A stretch of DNA of 55,741 nucleotides, from positions 1 through 55,741 of IMG/VR virus record IMGVR_UViG_3300043473_000044; one strand, written 5' to 3'. Source of the stretch: a virus (taxonomy: Duplodnaviria; Caudoviricetes). The position numbers and the translations under genes are program-made. This document shows, in pieces, positions 45,084 through 54,842 of this stretch. The notes below the pieces were generated by a model. The model worked only from the letters and a program-made list of their open reading frames with translations, was not told where the DNA came from and did not search any database. Position 1 is the first letter of the stretch, and the number at the start of each line of letters is the position of its first letter.

Positions 45084-48000
45084 TATTTTTTACCTTTAGC
45101 TTTGGGCGCTGGCTTAGGAGCGCTCATGCCCATCATCGGCCTTGGATCGTCCCAAACAGTGCGCCCGTCCTTGCCTGTATGAACAAGTTCAAAACGGGTT
45201 TCTCCGCCCTCTGTTACCCCGATGTGCTCACCCTTGTTTACTAACTTACCCGCCTTGACCAAGGTTTCGCTGTTGTTTCCGTAGACGGCCGTCGTCCCAT
45301 CGGTGTGCTTTACCATCACGACATTACCGTGAGAGCGGTTGGCTTGCCCCGCAAAGATGACGACCCCGCCCTGTATTGCGCGGACATCCTCCCCGGGTTG
45401 CGCATTGATGGATACATACCCGTGCTTGTGTGAGGTGCCTTCGTGAAGTTGATAAGTAGCCTCGCCGGAAACGCGCTTTGCCGCCGAGAAGCTGATCGGC
45501 TTCTGCTTGGTAGCCCCTGCTGTTTTTTGTGGTTGCAGGATAGTTCCCCCGCCCTTAATGGTGCCCTCATCGATCATCTGCTTTTCTTTAGCAGCGCCCA
45601 GCGCGGCCTTCTCCGCTATCGCCTTGGCGGTATCACTACTGCCAGCTTCGTCAGCTTTCTCAGTGATAGCCTTCTTGAATACTTGGGCTTCCTTCTCAAG
45701 TTCCTTCACCTCCACTTTCGGCACCGGAGAAGCAGCCGAGATAATAGTTTCAGGCTTGGGCTTCGCTACTTCCGCCTTGTTCTTCGCCTCGATCTCGGCG
45801 GTTAGCGCATCCGCTGCTGCTTTTTCGGCAGCGCGCGTCTTGTCGATCTTGGCCGCTGCCGCCTTGCGTTCAGCCGTTGCTGCGTCAGCCGCAGCCTTGG
45901 CCTCCGCTGCGGCCTTCGCAGTGGCCGCTGCCTTAGCCTTCTCAGCCTTGGTCGCTTCATCCTTCGCGGCTTGTGCAGCGGCGGCTTCAGCTTTAGCCTT
46001 GGCCTCCGCTGCAGCTTTCGTTGCGGCGCGCGCTTCAGTATCCGCTTTCACCTTGGCCGCTTCAGCCTTGGCAGTTTCCGCTTTAACTGCTTCAGCCTTG
46101 GCGACTTCAGCTTGGGCTACGGCCGCTGGCTTTGGTTTTTCCGTGGAGGGCTTCTCCGATATCCCGTAAGCCTTGCGCACTTCCGCTACCCGCGCTTCCT
46201 CAGTCTTGTGCAGCTTCTCGGCGTAGGCATTAGCCGCTTCCACTGTCTCGAACTTGCCTAAGTGCTCACCCGTCTTCTTGTAGTGCGCGATCGCCGCCTT
46301 GTCACTCACAATCTCCCCATCGATGACGGTCGGTATGAGAACTTCCTTCTTATCGATATTGACGCTTATCGAGCGCACAGTGCTGACCGTGCCATCGTTG
46401 GCCTCCACGATCGGACGGTTCTTGAGATCGATGTTGCCCTTCTCGACCAGACCATCCTTCGCCGGTGCGGGGGGCTTGATCGTTGCCGTAACTTCATTCG
46501 CTGCCGGAGCCTTGGTTTCTGCTTTGGTCGCTACCGGTGCTGGCGTTGTCGCTTTTACTGGTGCCGGTGTTTTAGCGGCTTCGATGTTCTTCACGATAGC
46601 GTCAGGCATAGGCGTGAGTTTAGGGGCCGCTGCACCCCCACCAGAGCCTAACCCCGGCGCTACCCCGGTTGACGGTGCCGATCCCCCGAGCGCAAACGTA
46701 GGCGCTGTTGCCGTTACCGTGGGTTCAGGAGCCTTCACCGCTTCAGGCGCTGCGGCTGGCGTACCCGCCGTTGTGGTCGTAGCGGTACCCGCGCCCGTTG
46801 CCGGTGCTCCAGTTGTCGATGGCACTACTTTCGGAGTTGGGGGTACCGGAGGGACGCCCAAGGTCGCCCCTTTCTGCCCTGTTGTTTTCTGCTGCTTCTC
46901 GATTACTTCCCACGCCTTCGCCAGTTGTTCGCCAGTTGGTTCTGGTCGCCCTGCGTTCCTCGCAGCATCTATGAGTTTGGAATAAGCGTCGCGCTGCGCT
47001 GGCGGAAGCTTGTATAGTTCTTTCTCGTTAAACCCGTAGATCATGCCGGGCACTTCGACCTTCTGAGTGACAATTTCAAGCATGATGTTCTTCTGTTCTT
47101 CCAGCGACGGCGCATGGCCATACTGCTCATAGAACTGACGGCCTCGCAACTCGGCCATCTCGTTGATAGCTTTATCGTAGTTCTTATTCTTTCTGATCGA
47201 CTCAGTCTTGACCGAATCAACTTCGTAACGGTTCATCTTGAAGGAATTAAACTCTTTATCCTCTTTAGCCTGTACAGCAATCAAGTGCTTGGCGTAGTCG
47301 ATCCCGATCTCGGGCGCTAGTCCCAAAAAATACTCCGGCGTTTTCTTCCTGAAGTTGGGGTCTTTGAACTCAGCGTTGACTCGCGCGATAACCGCTGGGT
47401 CGTTGTTCAAAGCATCTTGAGCGCGCCGCGCTTCAGCGGCTTTCCAAGCTTCCTCTGTGGCTGCGTGGCTCCTTTCCGCCCATATATCAGCTTTCACTGC
47501 CCTCTCGTCAGCAACCACATTCGTCTGCATAGTGTGGCGTACTACTGCCTTCTGTGTATCGTTGAGGGCGTTGAACTCTTTACTTGCAATGACCGAGTTC
47601 ATGGTCGCGCGATCAGGTGTTGAATAGAAAGTATTAAGTACCGAGCCTTGCGCCTCGGTGTCCGCAAGCTTCTTCTCCTGCACGAACTGCTGGTACAGCG
47701 AATGAGCAGCGCTTGCGACGCGGTTATTCGTGCCGGATTTCTCAAGAATATCCGCCGTGGCGTTGTACTTCGGATCGGCCAGATTCTTCTGGAACGCTTC
47801 AGCCGCGATGCCCTTGGCCTTCGCGAAGTCCGTAGCCGGTTGCAGTTGCGCCTTGACCGCGTCGGACTGAGCCAAGGTCATGTCCTTGCCGTTCGCCTTG
47901 AAGTAAGAATCGGCGTACTCGGTGTCCCCGGCCTTGAGCGCGGCGTCGATGACAGCGGTATGAACTGTCCCCCGTGCGCCCTTCACGAACTCATCCCTGA

Positions 48001-48604
48001 GCGCCGGAGAGATTTCATTCACCCCGAGGGTCTGCATGCGGTAATTGGTCGCTTCATCCACGCCGTTGATCTGCTGCGCAGTGATCAACTGGTTCTTGTA
48101 CGACGCCGACGCGGTCGCAGCGCGGGATAACAAGTCAGCCTTATAAACATCGCCGCCATACTTCTCGGACTCCGCCATGGAGTGCCGCATGACCTGTGCC
48201 TGAAAGTTCACGCCCGATCCGGCAGAGTGCCGCTTGAACTGTTCCTGCTGGCGAGGGCTTAGTGTGGAGGTGATCCGATCAGAGAGTTCCTTGTGCTTCT
48301 GGCCATACTCCTCCACGATCGGACGCTTGACCACGTCCCCACCCCGGATGTTCTGGTAGCCGTGCTGGGGATCGAAGGTAAGATCAAGTTCACCTTGACG
48401 CAGCGCGGTGGCCGCTTCGATCACGCGCAGTTCATCTAACTGCCTACGATGCTCGTCTGCCCTCTGGATAAGTTCTCCCCCGAGAGACTGTACCGACTCC
48501 GCAGTCGCAAGCTGTGCGCTCTCTGCGATGCCGCCACGGTATTGCGCGACTGAGGTAGAAGGTTCGGGCGTAGACCTTGCTTGTGCTCCCGGTAAGACGG
48601 CCAT
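45083..48604 (-). CDS. Internal virion protein with Ala/Lys-rich linker and C-terminal degenerate M23/LytM domain
   Basis: GNIDL..RP.V...DG..STVRS module; AAKA coiled region; G.V.FAG....GN.V.VKH......YG......VK.G..V..G..IG. Confidence 0.78.
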   Translation of the reverse strand: MAVLPGAQARSTPEPSTSVAQYRGGIAESAQLATAESVQSLGGELIQRADEHRRQLDELRVIEAATALRQGELDLTFDPQHGYQNIRGGDVVKRPIVEEYGQKHKELSDRITSTLSPRQQEQFKRHSAGSGVNFQAQVMRHSMAESEKYGGDVYKADLLSRAATASASYKNQLITAQQINGVDEATNYRMQTLGVNEISPALRDEFVKGARGTVHTAVIDAALKAGDTEYADSYFKANGKDMTLAQSDAVKAQLQPATDFAKAKGIAAEAFQKNLADPKYNATADILEKSGTNNRVASAAHSLYQQFVQEKKLADTEAQGSVLNTFYSTPDRATMNSVIASKEFNALNDTQKAVVRHTMQTNVVADERAVKADIWAERSHAATEEAWKAAEARRAQDALNNDPAVIARVNAEFKDPNFRKKTPEYFLGLAPEIGIDYAKHLIAVQAKEDKEFNSFKMNRYEVDSVKTESIRKNKNYDKAINEMAELRGRQFYEQYGHAPSLEEQKNIMLEIVTQKVEVPGMIYGFNEKELYKLPPAQRDAYSKLIDAARNAGRPEPTGEQLAKAWEVIEKQQKTTGQKGATLGVPPVPPTPKVVPSTTGAPATGAGTATTTTAGTPAAAPEAVKAPEPTVTATAPTFALGGSAPSTGVAPGLGSGGGAAAPKLTPMPDAIVKNIEAAKTPAPVKATTPAPVATKAETKAPAANEVTATIKPPAPAKDGLVEKGNIDLKNRPIVEANDGTVSTVRSISVNIDKKEVLIPTVIDGEIVSDKAAIAHYKKTGEHLGKFETVEAANAYAEKLHKTEEARVAEVRKAYGISEKPSTEKPKPAAVAQAEVAKAEAVKAETAKAEAAKVKADTEARAATKAAAEAKAKAEAAAAQAAKDEATKAEKAKAAATAKAAAEAKAAADAATAERKAAAAKIDKTRAAEKAAADALTAEIEAKNKAEVAKPKPETIISAASPVPKVEVKELEKEAQVFKKAITEKADEAGSSDTAKAIAEKAALGAAKEKQMIDEGTIKGGGTILQPQKTAGATKQKPISFSAAKRVSGEATYQLHEGTSHKHGYVSINAQPGEDVRAIQGGVVIFAGQANRSHGNVVMVKHTDGTTAVYGNNSETLVKAGKLVNKGEHIGVTEGGETRFELVHTGKDGRTVWDDPRPMMGMSAPKPAPKAKGKK

Positions 48605-48613
48605 GTCTGTTTC

Positions 48614-49216
48614 CTAATCGTAAAATGAACGCTCGTAGATCGGTGCTTTCACCACGACCTCGGAGTCGTCGGCTGGCGCGCCACCGAAATTAAAACCACC
48701 AGAACCCCAATCCTTCATCGCGCCTGACAGGATCGTGCTACCGGCACCGATTCGTGCGGCCTTCTCCGCCTCACGCCCGGCAAGGGCTTGCTGCGCGCCT
48801 TCGTACCGCGTGGCTTTCGCTTGGTTGACCATGCCCCGGGCGCGCTCCTCGCCGCCATAAATCGCAGTATCGAAAGCAAGCTGGCCTTCTTTCGAGAGGC
48901 TACCCACAAGCCTTACAACAGTAGGGTCAAGCGCGCCTCCCCCTGAAGCTGCGGCAACCGCTATGGCGCGCGACTGAAGCAACATACTCTTGCGTAGTTC
49001 CTCTTGCGCTGCGCGCTGGCTTGCTGCCTGTTGTTGCCCCGCGTTTTGCTCAAGCTGCTGCGCGGTGAACTCGGAAGCGCGTTGCTTCGCCTCCCCCGCG
49101 CGACGTGCGGCAGCACCCCCTGCGATCTGCCCCCCGGCCTTGACTCCCGACGCCATGCCCCCGATGGCGGCTTGTGCGGCACTTCCGGCGACCGCTGACC
49201 CTACCTGTTCGCCCAT
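48614..49216 (-). CDS. Small internal virion protein
   Basis: Ala/Gly/Gln-rich; A.AAASG motif; synteny after the nozzle gene. Confidence 0.7.
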   Translation of the reverse strand: MGEQVGSAVAGSAAQAAIGGMASGVKAGGQIAGGAAARRAGEAKQRASEFTAQQLEQNAGQQQAASQRAAQEELRKSMLLQSRAIAVAAASGGGALDPTVVRLVGSLSKEGQLAFDTAIYGGEERARGMVNQAKATRYEGAQQALAGREAEKAARIGAGSTILSGAMKDWGSGGFNFGGAPADDSEVVVKAPIYERSFYD

Positions 49217-49227
49217 TTAAGTTCCCC

Positions 49228-51900
49228 TCATAATTTTTCGTATGTGCTCATGCTGAATACTGCAGCGAGTACCGTGCAAGGGCGCGGAGAGTTTGCCCTC
49301 AGATGCAGCCGGGAGTCAGTGTCATAAGCCCCGTTGAACTCGACCGAGTCAGCGTCGTAAGAATCCCAAACCGTATCTGCCGGGGTCACGCTTCCTTCTT
49401 CGACCAGCGGCAAATCATCAAGGGTATAGAACGAATCGCCGTACTGCAGCCCTTGGTAGTGCGTATTGCGAAGAATCAGCCCGAGATGATCGAGGCGCTT
49501 CTTCTGCGTGAGCGCACTTCCGCTTTGCGCTGCGTAGGCCAGCTTGGTGCTCACGAAGGTAGCCGAATAAGAAACGCCGATGACGGCATAATTGACCAGA
49601 ACAGGCAGACTTATCGCGCCGTTGATAACCTGACCGCCCCCGAGATCGCGGCCATCCCCCCACGCGACAACGAACTCGCCCTCCAGATGATCCAATCCGG
49701 TGATCAACTGCGCCGGTTCAGGCCCTGAAAAAATGATGAACGAGTCAGCTTGCTTGTTCAACGCACCGCCTTCGCACTCGCTGGTTAGCGCCCATCTTTC
49801 AAGATAGCGCCGTGTCTGTCCGTTGATAGTGCGCCGCACGACATAGTAGACAATGTCCTCCTCAGACCCGCCGGAGGGGAGCACCACAACGTCCTCGATG
49901 AAGCCGAAAGTCTGGACTTTCACCCAGCAATTAACTTCCTCCAGCTTATCGAAAATCATCACGGCTGCAGAACCGTCAGCGAGTATGCAATGTATCCGCG
50001 TATCAATCTTACGTTGTACTGCTGTGCGCACTACGCCCGGACGTCCGATCTCGGGGGTTAGCGCTGTCAGTTCTTTAATGGCATAAGTCGCCCCGAAGGA
50101 CTCCGTGGTCAGTTCATATATACGCCCGAGGGTACGATCCACGAACATGACACTCGCATCGATGAGGATAGGATCGACCTGCGCGGAGCCTACGGTTGTG
50201 CCCCTCTTGATTTTGAAATTCGACGGAGTGATTGGTTCGTCCAGACTGCTTGACCGGCACAAGAACTCGCTGCCGAAGCCGCCCATGATCAAGCCTTCAG
50301 CGGAGATCAGCCAGTTGATCGTATCGACGGGACCGATCCCGATCGAACGGGAGATCGCGCCAGCGTCGCCCTCAACAGTAGCGAGGCCATAGGTGTAGTA
50401 GGCATCACTGGCAGAACCCCACAAGCGATCTTTACCTGCCCACCATAGCCGACCCTCATGGATGGCCACGGCAGAAGGAAATCCGCGACGGACAGACCAC
50501 GCGCTTTCCGCCCATGTAGTGACAGGAACAAGGGAGCCGATATCGCTAATGATGTCGCCTATCATCTGTGTGGAACTGATATAGGCCGTCGTCCTGATAA
50601 CGCCCGTAATAGAGCCGTGGGGAAAGGACAGCGTTACCAAGGCCATGCCGGAAGTGAAGTTGCCCGTCTTAGCGCCCAAGCGGTAGTAGACGATCTGGTT
50701 ATCGAGGCCGTCGTTGTAATCGACGTTCTGATTCGTGGTGTAGTTCGTGACGTCGATCCACCCTCCCGGGGCACCGACCGAGCGCTGCAAGGTGAGCGTT
50801 GCCGCCCACGTTCCTGACGTTGCGATATGTAGGTTCCGGTCAATAGTCAGCCCTGTAATCTCGATCGGATCAGTGAACACGTTCGCAGCCGAAATCGCTT
50901 TATCCCGCACCTGACCGCTCGACTGCAAACTGAAAAGGGAGCCGACATTCGCCGGAGTGAAGTACGCCCCGGAAGCGTTCAGCGTGGTCTGTCCGGTTAT
51001 CGATGTTGACGCCATCGTGATCGACGTCAGGTTCTCAACCATGAAGGGGCCGTCGTCAGGCAGGAAGGCTACAACAGACCAACTCGTCTTCCCTCGGCGC
51101 TCGATCTTCGTCGGCGGGACGCCCTCACAGGCCACGAAAATAGTATCCCCGGATTGCACATACCTGATCTTGGAGAGGTCAGATTCAGCCCATGGCGTCG
51201 GGATCATCATCGATCCGGGCGCTTCAAGAGTGACCGAATCCACTATCGTGAAGGAGTCGTTCCGGTTGAGCAGTCGCACATAGAAGTTGCCCGTCGGGGT
51301 AAAAGCAAGAGAGTGAATCCCGGGGCCTAGGTAGGTATCCGGTATGTACTCATTCCCACCAGTGATCGATCCCACGCGCAAGACCAGCACCCCCGACCTG
51401 ACCACAACTCGCAGGGCATGTTCCCCGCTGCCCAAGAGGTTCACCGTCTGCTCACGGATGGCGCCTAGGGTACCGTCGCCCAAAAGCGACATGAACCCGC
51501 CAGCAACCCATGCAGAAGTCGCGAAGCTGCCCTGATCGAAGTCAGTCCACCCGGCCAGATCAACATTGAAATCCCCGTTGATCAGGATGCTGTCTGCGGT
51601 ATCGGGGCGCGTTACTTCCTTGTCGTTTACGAGCACCCGCATCAAGTGGTCAGTCAGTTCGATGATGGCGGTATCGCTTACCGAAAAGACAAAGGGGATG
51701 TGCCGAGCGGGGCGATGAAGATGGGTACCGCCGATGAACTGCCATCCCGGACGGAGAGACATGGGGCCAAGCACCCGGGGCATCCAGTTCACTTGTGTTT
51801 CAGCGCTCAAGGCCACGCGCTTGACGTCTACCCGGGCGAGAGCGAGAGGGCTGATTACCCCCCGATTGAACGCTAGGCGTTCTATATTCTGCCTAGCCAA
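49228..51900 (-). CDS. Tail tubular protein B (nozzle)
   Basis: AFN.G.ISP...R.D ... RPG start; FP.AV..HE.RL; 890 aa. Confidence 0.88.
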   Translation of the reverse strand: MARQNIERLAFNRGVISPLALARVDVKRVALSAETQVNWMPRVLGPMSLRPGWQFIGGTHLHRPARHIPFVFSVSDTAIIELTDHLMRVLVNDKEVTRPDTADSILINGDFNVDLAGWTDFDQGSFATSAWVAGGFMSLLGDGTLGAIREQTVNLLGSGEHALRVVVRSGVLVLRVGSITGGNEYIPDTYLGPGIHSLAFTPTGNFYVRLLNRNDSFTIVDSVTLEAPGSMMIPTPWAESDLSKIRYVQSGDTIFVACEGVPPTKIERRGKTSWSVVAFLPDDGPFMVENLTSITMASTSITGQTTLNASGAYFTPANVGSLFSLQSSGQVRDKAISAANVFTDPIEITGLTIDRNLHIATSGTWAATLTLQRSVGAPGGWIDVTNYTTNQNVDYNDGLDNQIVYYRLGAKTGNFTSGMALVTLSFPHGSITGVIRTTAYISSTQMIGDIISDIGSLVPVTTWAESAWSVRRGFPSAVAIHEGRLWWAGKDRLWGSASDAYYTYGLATVEGDAGAISRSIGIGPVDTINWLISAEGLIMGGFGSEFLCRSSSLDEPITPSNFKIKRGTTVGSAQVDPILIDASVMFVDRTLGRIYELTTESFGATYAIKELTALTPEIGRPGVVRTAVQRKIDTRIHCILADGSAAVMIFDKLEEVNCWVKVQTFGFIEDVVVLPSGGSEEDIVYYVVRRTINGQTRRYLERWALTSECEGGALNKQADSFIIFSGPEPAQLITGLDHLEGEFVVAWGDGRDLGGGQVINGAISLPVLVNYAVIGVSYSATFVSTKLAYAAQSGSALTQKKRLDHLGLILRNTHYQGLQYGDSFYTLDDLPLVEEGSVTPADTVWDSYDADSVEFNGAYDTDSRLHLRANSPRPCTVLAAVFSMSTYEKL

Positions 51901-52531
51901 TTAATCTACTCCTGCTTCCGCGATCCCCTCTGCGATCACCCTGCCGTGAACCGACCCACGTTCCTTGGGGCAAGAACTGCGTCGGGCCTTGCAGGGCGTC
52001 CTTCGAGAGGGCGTTTTTCTTCGCGGTCTTGAGATCCTTCTCAAGCTTCAAAACCATCTTCTCGCTCTGAGTGATCCGCAAGGCGGATTCAGATGACAGG
52101 TGTGTTGCGACGTACTTCGCAAAAGTCTCCGGCCACTTACCGAAGTCATTGCCAAAATCAACATGGTCGGAGACATAGCTTGTGAAAATCTCCTCAAGAT
52201 CAGCGAACCACCATCCCGCTTCCTCGCCGTAGCTCAACAAGGGCACGTTCAGGTATTCATCGGTACACATCTTGGCGGTGCGCACACAATCGTCCGGGCG
52301 CTCGAAAGCGTGGCGATAGCCGAAGGCAGGATTAACCTCCGGTGAGAAGATCAACTTGGAAGTACGAAGCGCGAACTTCCACTGACCCTGTTCAAGGCAA
52401 TACTTGACTGCCTTTGGCCAGTTGATGTCAAGCACCCGGCGGGGTTCCCTGTTCTCGTCGAGGGAAGCAAGAGCGCGCTCCCCCATCATGTTCAGGGCAT
52501 CGTTGTATAAACTTAACTTATCACTGGCCAT
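51893..52531 (-). CDS. Tail tubular protein A (adaptor)
   Basis: N.AL..MG ... W.FA ... P.D; synteny. Confidence 0.82.
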   Translation of the reverse strand: MASDKLSLYNDALNMMGERALASLDENREPRRVLDINWPKAVKYCLEQGQWKFALRTSKLIFSPEVNPAFGYRHAFERPDDCVRTAKMCTDEYLNVPLLSYGEEAGWWFADLEEIFTSYVSDHVDFGNDFGKWPETFAKYVATHLSSESALRITQSEKMVLKLEKDLKTAKKNALSKDALQGPTQFLPQGTWVGSRQGDRRGDRGSRSRLIG

Positions 52532-52546
52532 GGCAGTTCTCCTTAA

Positions 52547-52849
52547 TTAGCACTTAGCGCGCTGCATTTCCGACTTGATGCGGTAGCCTTCCAGTTGCCA
52601 TATTTTTTCCACGGCGTCATCGAACGCTATCTGACGACCTACCTGTGCGTCGAAAGACTCCATGCTCAGACATGCGCTGTGCCCTACTACATGGAACCCG
52701 TTCTTCAGCGTTAAAAGGCATACCGTGACCGTTGTGCCCTCAAAGGTCCTGTAGTTATCGGTATCAATCTGCTCTAATATTTTCTCCCGCGTTAATTTCT
52801 CGGGAGGCCCACATTTTTCATCTACTTTCTTGTGTTTGCCATTAACCAT
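52547..52849 (-). CDS. N4 Gp49/Sf6 gp66 family protein (Acb4-like nucleotide sponge)
   Basis: T.TVC.L.LKNGF.V.G.SAC.S...FD...G..IA...A..KIW.LEGY signature. Confidence 0.85.
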   Translation of the reverse strand: MVNGKHKKVDEKCGPPEKLTREKILEQIDTDNYRTFEGTTVTVCLLTLKNGFHVVGHSACLSMESFDAQVGRQIAFDDAVEKIWQLEGYRIKSEMQRAKC

Positions 52850-52858
52850 GCCTGTCTC

Positions 52859-53359
52859 CTAGATAAGCGCGTTGATTTCGTACTCCCGCACCCACTTGAG
52901 TGCTTCCTGCTGGGAGGGGAAACCCTCCTTCACCGTTGTGCGATCGCTCTTGCGGATCACACGGAAACGCGCTTTCACTCCGGCGTAGAGTATTTCAAAA
53001 TCATCCTCCTGCTTCTTCTCCTCGGGGAACCCATCCACAAGCGGGATGTACCGGAGCAATCTGACCTTCGCCCAATTCAGGCCACTGGATAAAACGATCA
53101 ACTCCGCAAACCATGAGTTGTCTTCAGCCACGACCTCGATCCGCGACAAGGGACTCAAGTTGGCTGCGACATGCGACCAGTATTCAGGCTTCAAAATATG
53201 GTCTAGATCAGTATTTACAGCGGGGGTAACAGCGTAGACAACGCGGACAAATTCAGCCGCCTTAAAACGGTCGGGAGTCAACTTGGGGGCTAGGCTTTTA
53301 ATGACTTTCTTAACAGGTGCTTTTGCTTCTTCTGTTTGTACGGTTTCGGTCATGTTCAT
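52859..53359 (-). CDS. Conserved hypothetical protein of the head-tail module
   Basis: P.YW.HVA..L ... I.V..ED..W.AEL.V. Confidence 0.7.
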   Translation of the reverse strand: MNMTETVQTEEAKAPVKKVIKSLAPKLTPDRFKAAEFVRVVYAVTPAVNTDLDHILKPEYWSHVAANLSPLSRIEVVAEDNSWFAELIVLSSGLNWAKVRLLRYIPLVDGFPEEKKQEDDFEILYAGVKARFRVIRKSDRTTVKEGFPSQQEALKWVREYEINALI

Positions 53360-53376
53360 CTTCCTCTAATTATATG

Positions 53377-53404
53377 AAAACGGGCGCTGTTTTAAGAGCG
53401 CCCG
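53377..53404 (-). terminator. Intrinsic terminator after capsid/cement genes
   Basis: CGGGCGCT-8 nt-AGCGCCCG then TTTT on the minus strand. Confidence 0.75.
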
Positions 53405-53437
53405 AATATCCTACCATGACAGACAAGAAAGCAGTTG

Positions 53438-53824
53438 TTACTCGGCAGGAGGTTCCTCTGGCGGAAGCGTGTTATCGATCACAGGAGGTGGCCCTTCTGG
53501 AATTTCGTTTCCGGGGGTGGGCTGCTCTCCAACAGGAGGAGGCGCTGCCACGTCTGCGGCGATCGCAGTACCAGCGGAAAGAGTGACCCCTTTCGTAGTG
53601 GTAGAAGCTACCGCGACTCTATGGAACGTGATCGCCGTTCCAGTATCGGTATCCGTTACGATCACGATGTCACCGACCTGCATGCCTAATTGCTGGCCGT
53701 TGATGATGTAATCAACACCGGCGACGGTTGCAGCGGGATCGGTGGAACGATAAATCCAGATACGACCCGGTCCTGCGATCGGGAAGCTGATAAGCGCTGG
53801 TGGATTGTCTAATGCGTATGTCAT
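53438..53824 (-). CDS. Capsid cement/decoration protein with Pro-rich tail
   Basis: Directly after the capsid gene; W.Y.S.D....V....Y..NG..LGM.VGD.V. Confidence 0.65.
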   Translation of the reverse strand: MTYALDNPPALISFPIAGPGRIWIYRSTDPAATVAGVDYIINGQQLGMQVGDIVIVTDTDTGTAITFHRVAVASTTTKGVTLSAGTAIAADVAAPPPVGEQPTPGNEIPEGPPPVIDNTLPPEEPPAE

Positions 53825-53836
53825 GTCGTGTTCTCC

Positions 53837-54670
53837 TTAAAGGTTAGGGTTAAAGGCAGAACCGTCATGGAGCATCTGTACAACGCCTGAGTTCTGAAGC
53901 AGCTTGGAACCCATGAACACGGTGCTACGCGCATACGAGTAGTCGTGCTCTTTCTCGTAGTCAACCGCTGTATCGATCCCGCCGGTGTTAATGGCTTGGC
54001 CGATGGCGTTCTTGTGATACATGAAGGTCTTCTCCGCAGCGGTACCCTTGCCCGGAAGGTTCGGATGAACGATGAAGTTGATTCCTGCCCAACGGTATTG
54101 TAGCAACTGGTTCGTGAACGGTTTGTTGTTCACATAGTCAACGCTTGCGAATTCCTTGGTCTGCATCAAGTACGCATGGAACGCCGGGGTAATCAGCGCG
54201 GAGATATTGCCATCCAAAGGGACAGCGTTATTACCGAGGATAGCTTGAGCGTACATGACCAAGGACAGGCTACCAGTTTGTGTAGCGCCGGTGTCTTGAG
54301 TGCCGGTGGCCAACTCATTGATGATGTCCTCATCGACCTTGCGGTTGATAACGGCCATTGTTGTTTCTTGCATAATCCTGCGGCCATCGCCTTGGGACGC
54401 GAAGATATTGAACTGAGTACGACGTACCAGATCGTGCCACTCAAGCAAAGTAGCGGTGAACTGGTTCAAGTTGTCGGAACGAGCAGGGATCAGACCATTC
54501 AACCCACGGGTTACAGCCTGTGCGTTGCCGGAGTCAGCGACCAGAAATACGGCCTGATTACCCTTTATGACGGACTCGGTAGTGACGGTGTTGCGAACTA
54601 AGGATTGCCTTTGCTCGAACCCGGCGATAAATTCTTGTCGGTACTGCGTTTGATATGCGTGGTCAGACAT
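53837..54670 (-). CDS. Major capsid protein
   Basis: Q...EF...FEQR.S ... R..D..II ... GVV; GGAGG RBS; follows scaffold. Confidence 0.88.
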   Translation of the reverse strand: MSDHAYQTQYRQEFIAGFEQRQSLVRNTVTTESVIKGNQAVFLVADSGNAQAVTRGLNGLIPARSDNLNQFTATLLEWHDLVRRTQFNIFASQGDGRRIMQETTMAVINRKVDEDIINELATGTQDTGATQTGSLSLVMYAQAILGNNAVPLDGNISALITPAFHAYLMQTKEFASVDYVNNKPFTNQLLQYRWAGINFIVHPNLPGKGTAAEKTFMYHKNAIGQAINTGGIDTAVDYEKEHDYSYARSTVFMGSKLLQNSGVVQMLHDGSAFNPNL

Positions 54671-54809
54671 GGTCTACCCTCCATAAGTTAAAGATATAGC
54701 TTCATATCCGTTCGCTTGGGGTATCCACGCTGACTTCTTTGGCTAGGTGCCCTCGGGGAGGATTAGCCTGAAAAGCCTATGGAGCCTTGCTAGTCGGTGT
54801 TGTGTCGCG

Positions 54810-54838
54810 AAAGTACGCCGACTAGCTAGGGTTGTCAA
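54810..54838 (-). promoter_or_regulatory. Near-consensus sigma70 promoter for the capsid gene
   Basis: TTGACA-17 bp-TACTTT on the minus strand. Confidence 0.75.
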
Positions 54839-54842
54839 TACC

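Noticed and set aside
52547-52849. Calling this protein Tad1
   Set aside because: It lacks the Tad1 FQ.G ... REN..A.T..EEA..W motifs; the signature is Gp49/gp66.
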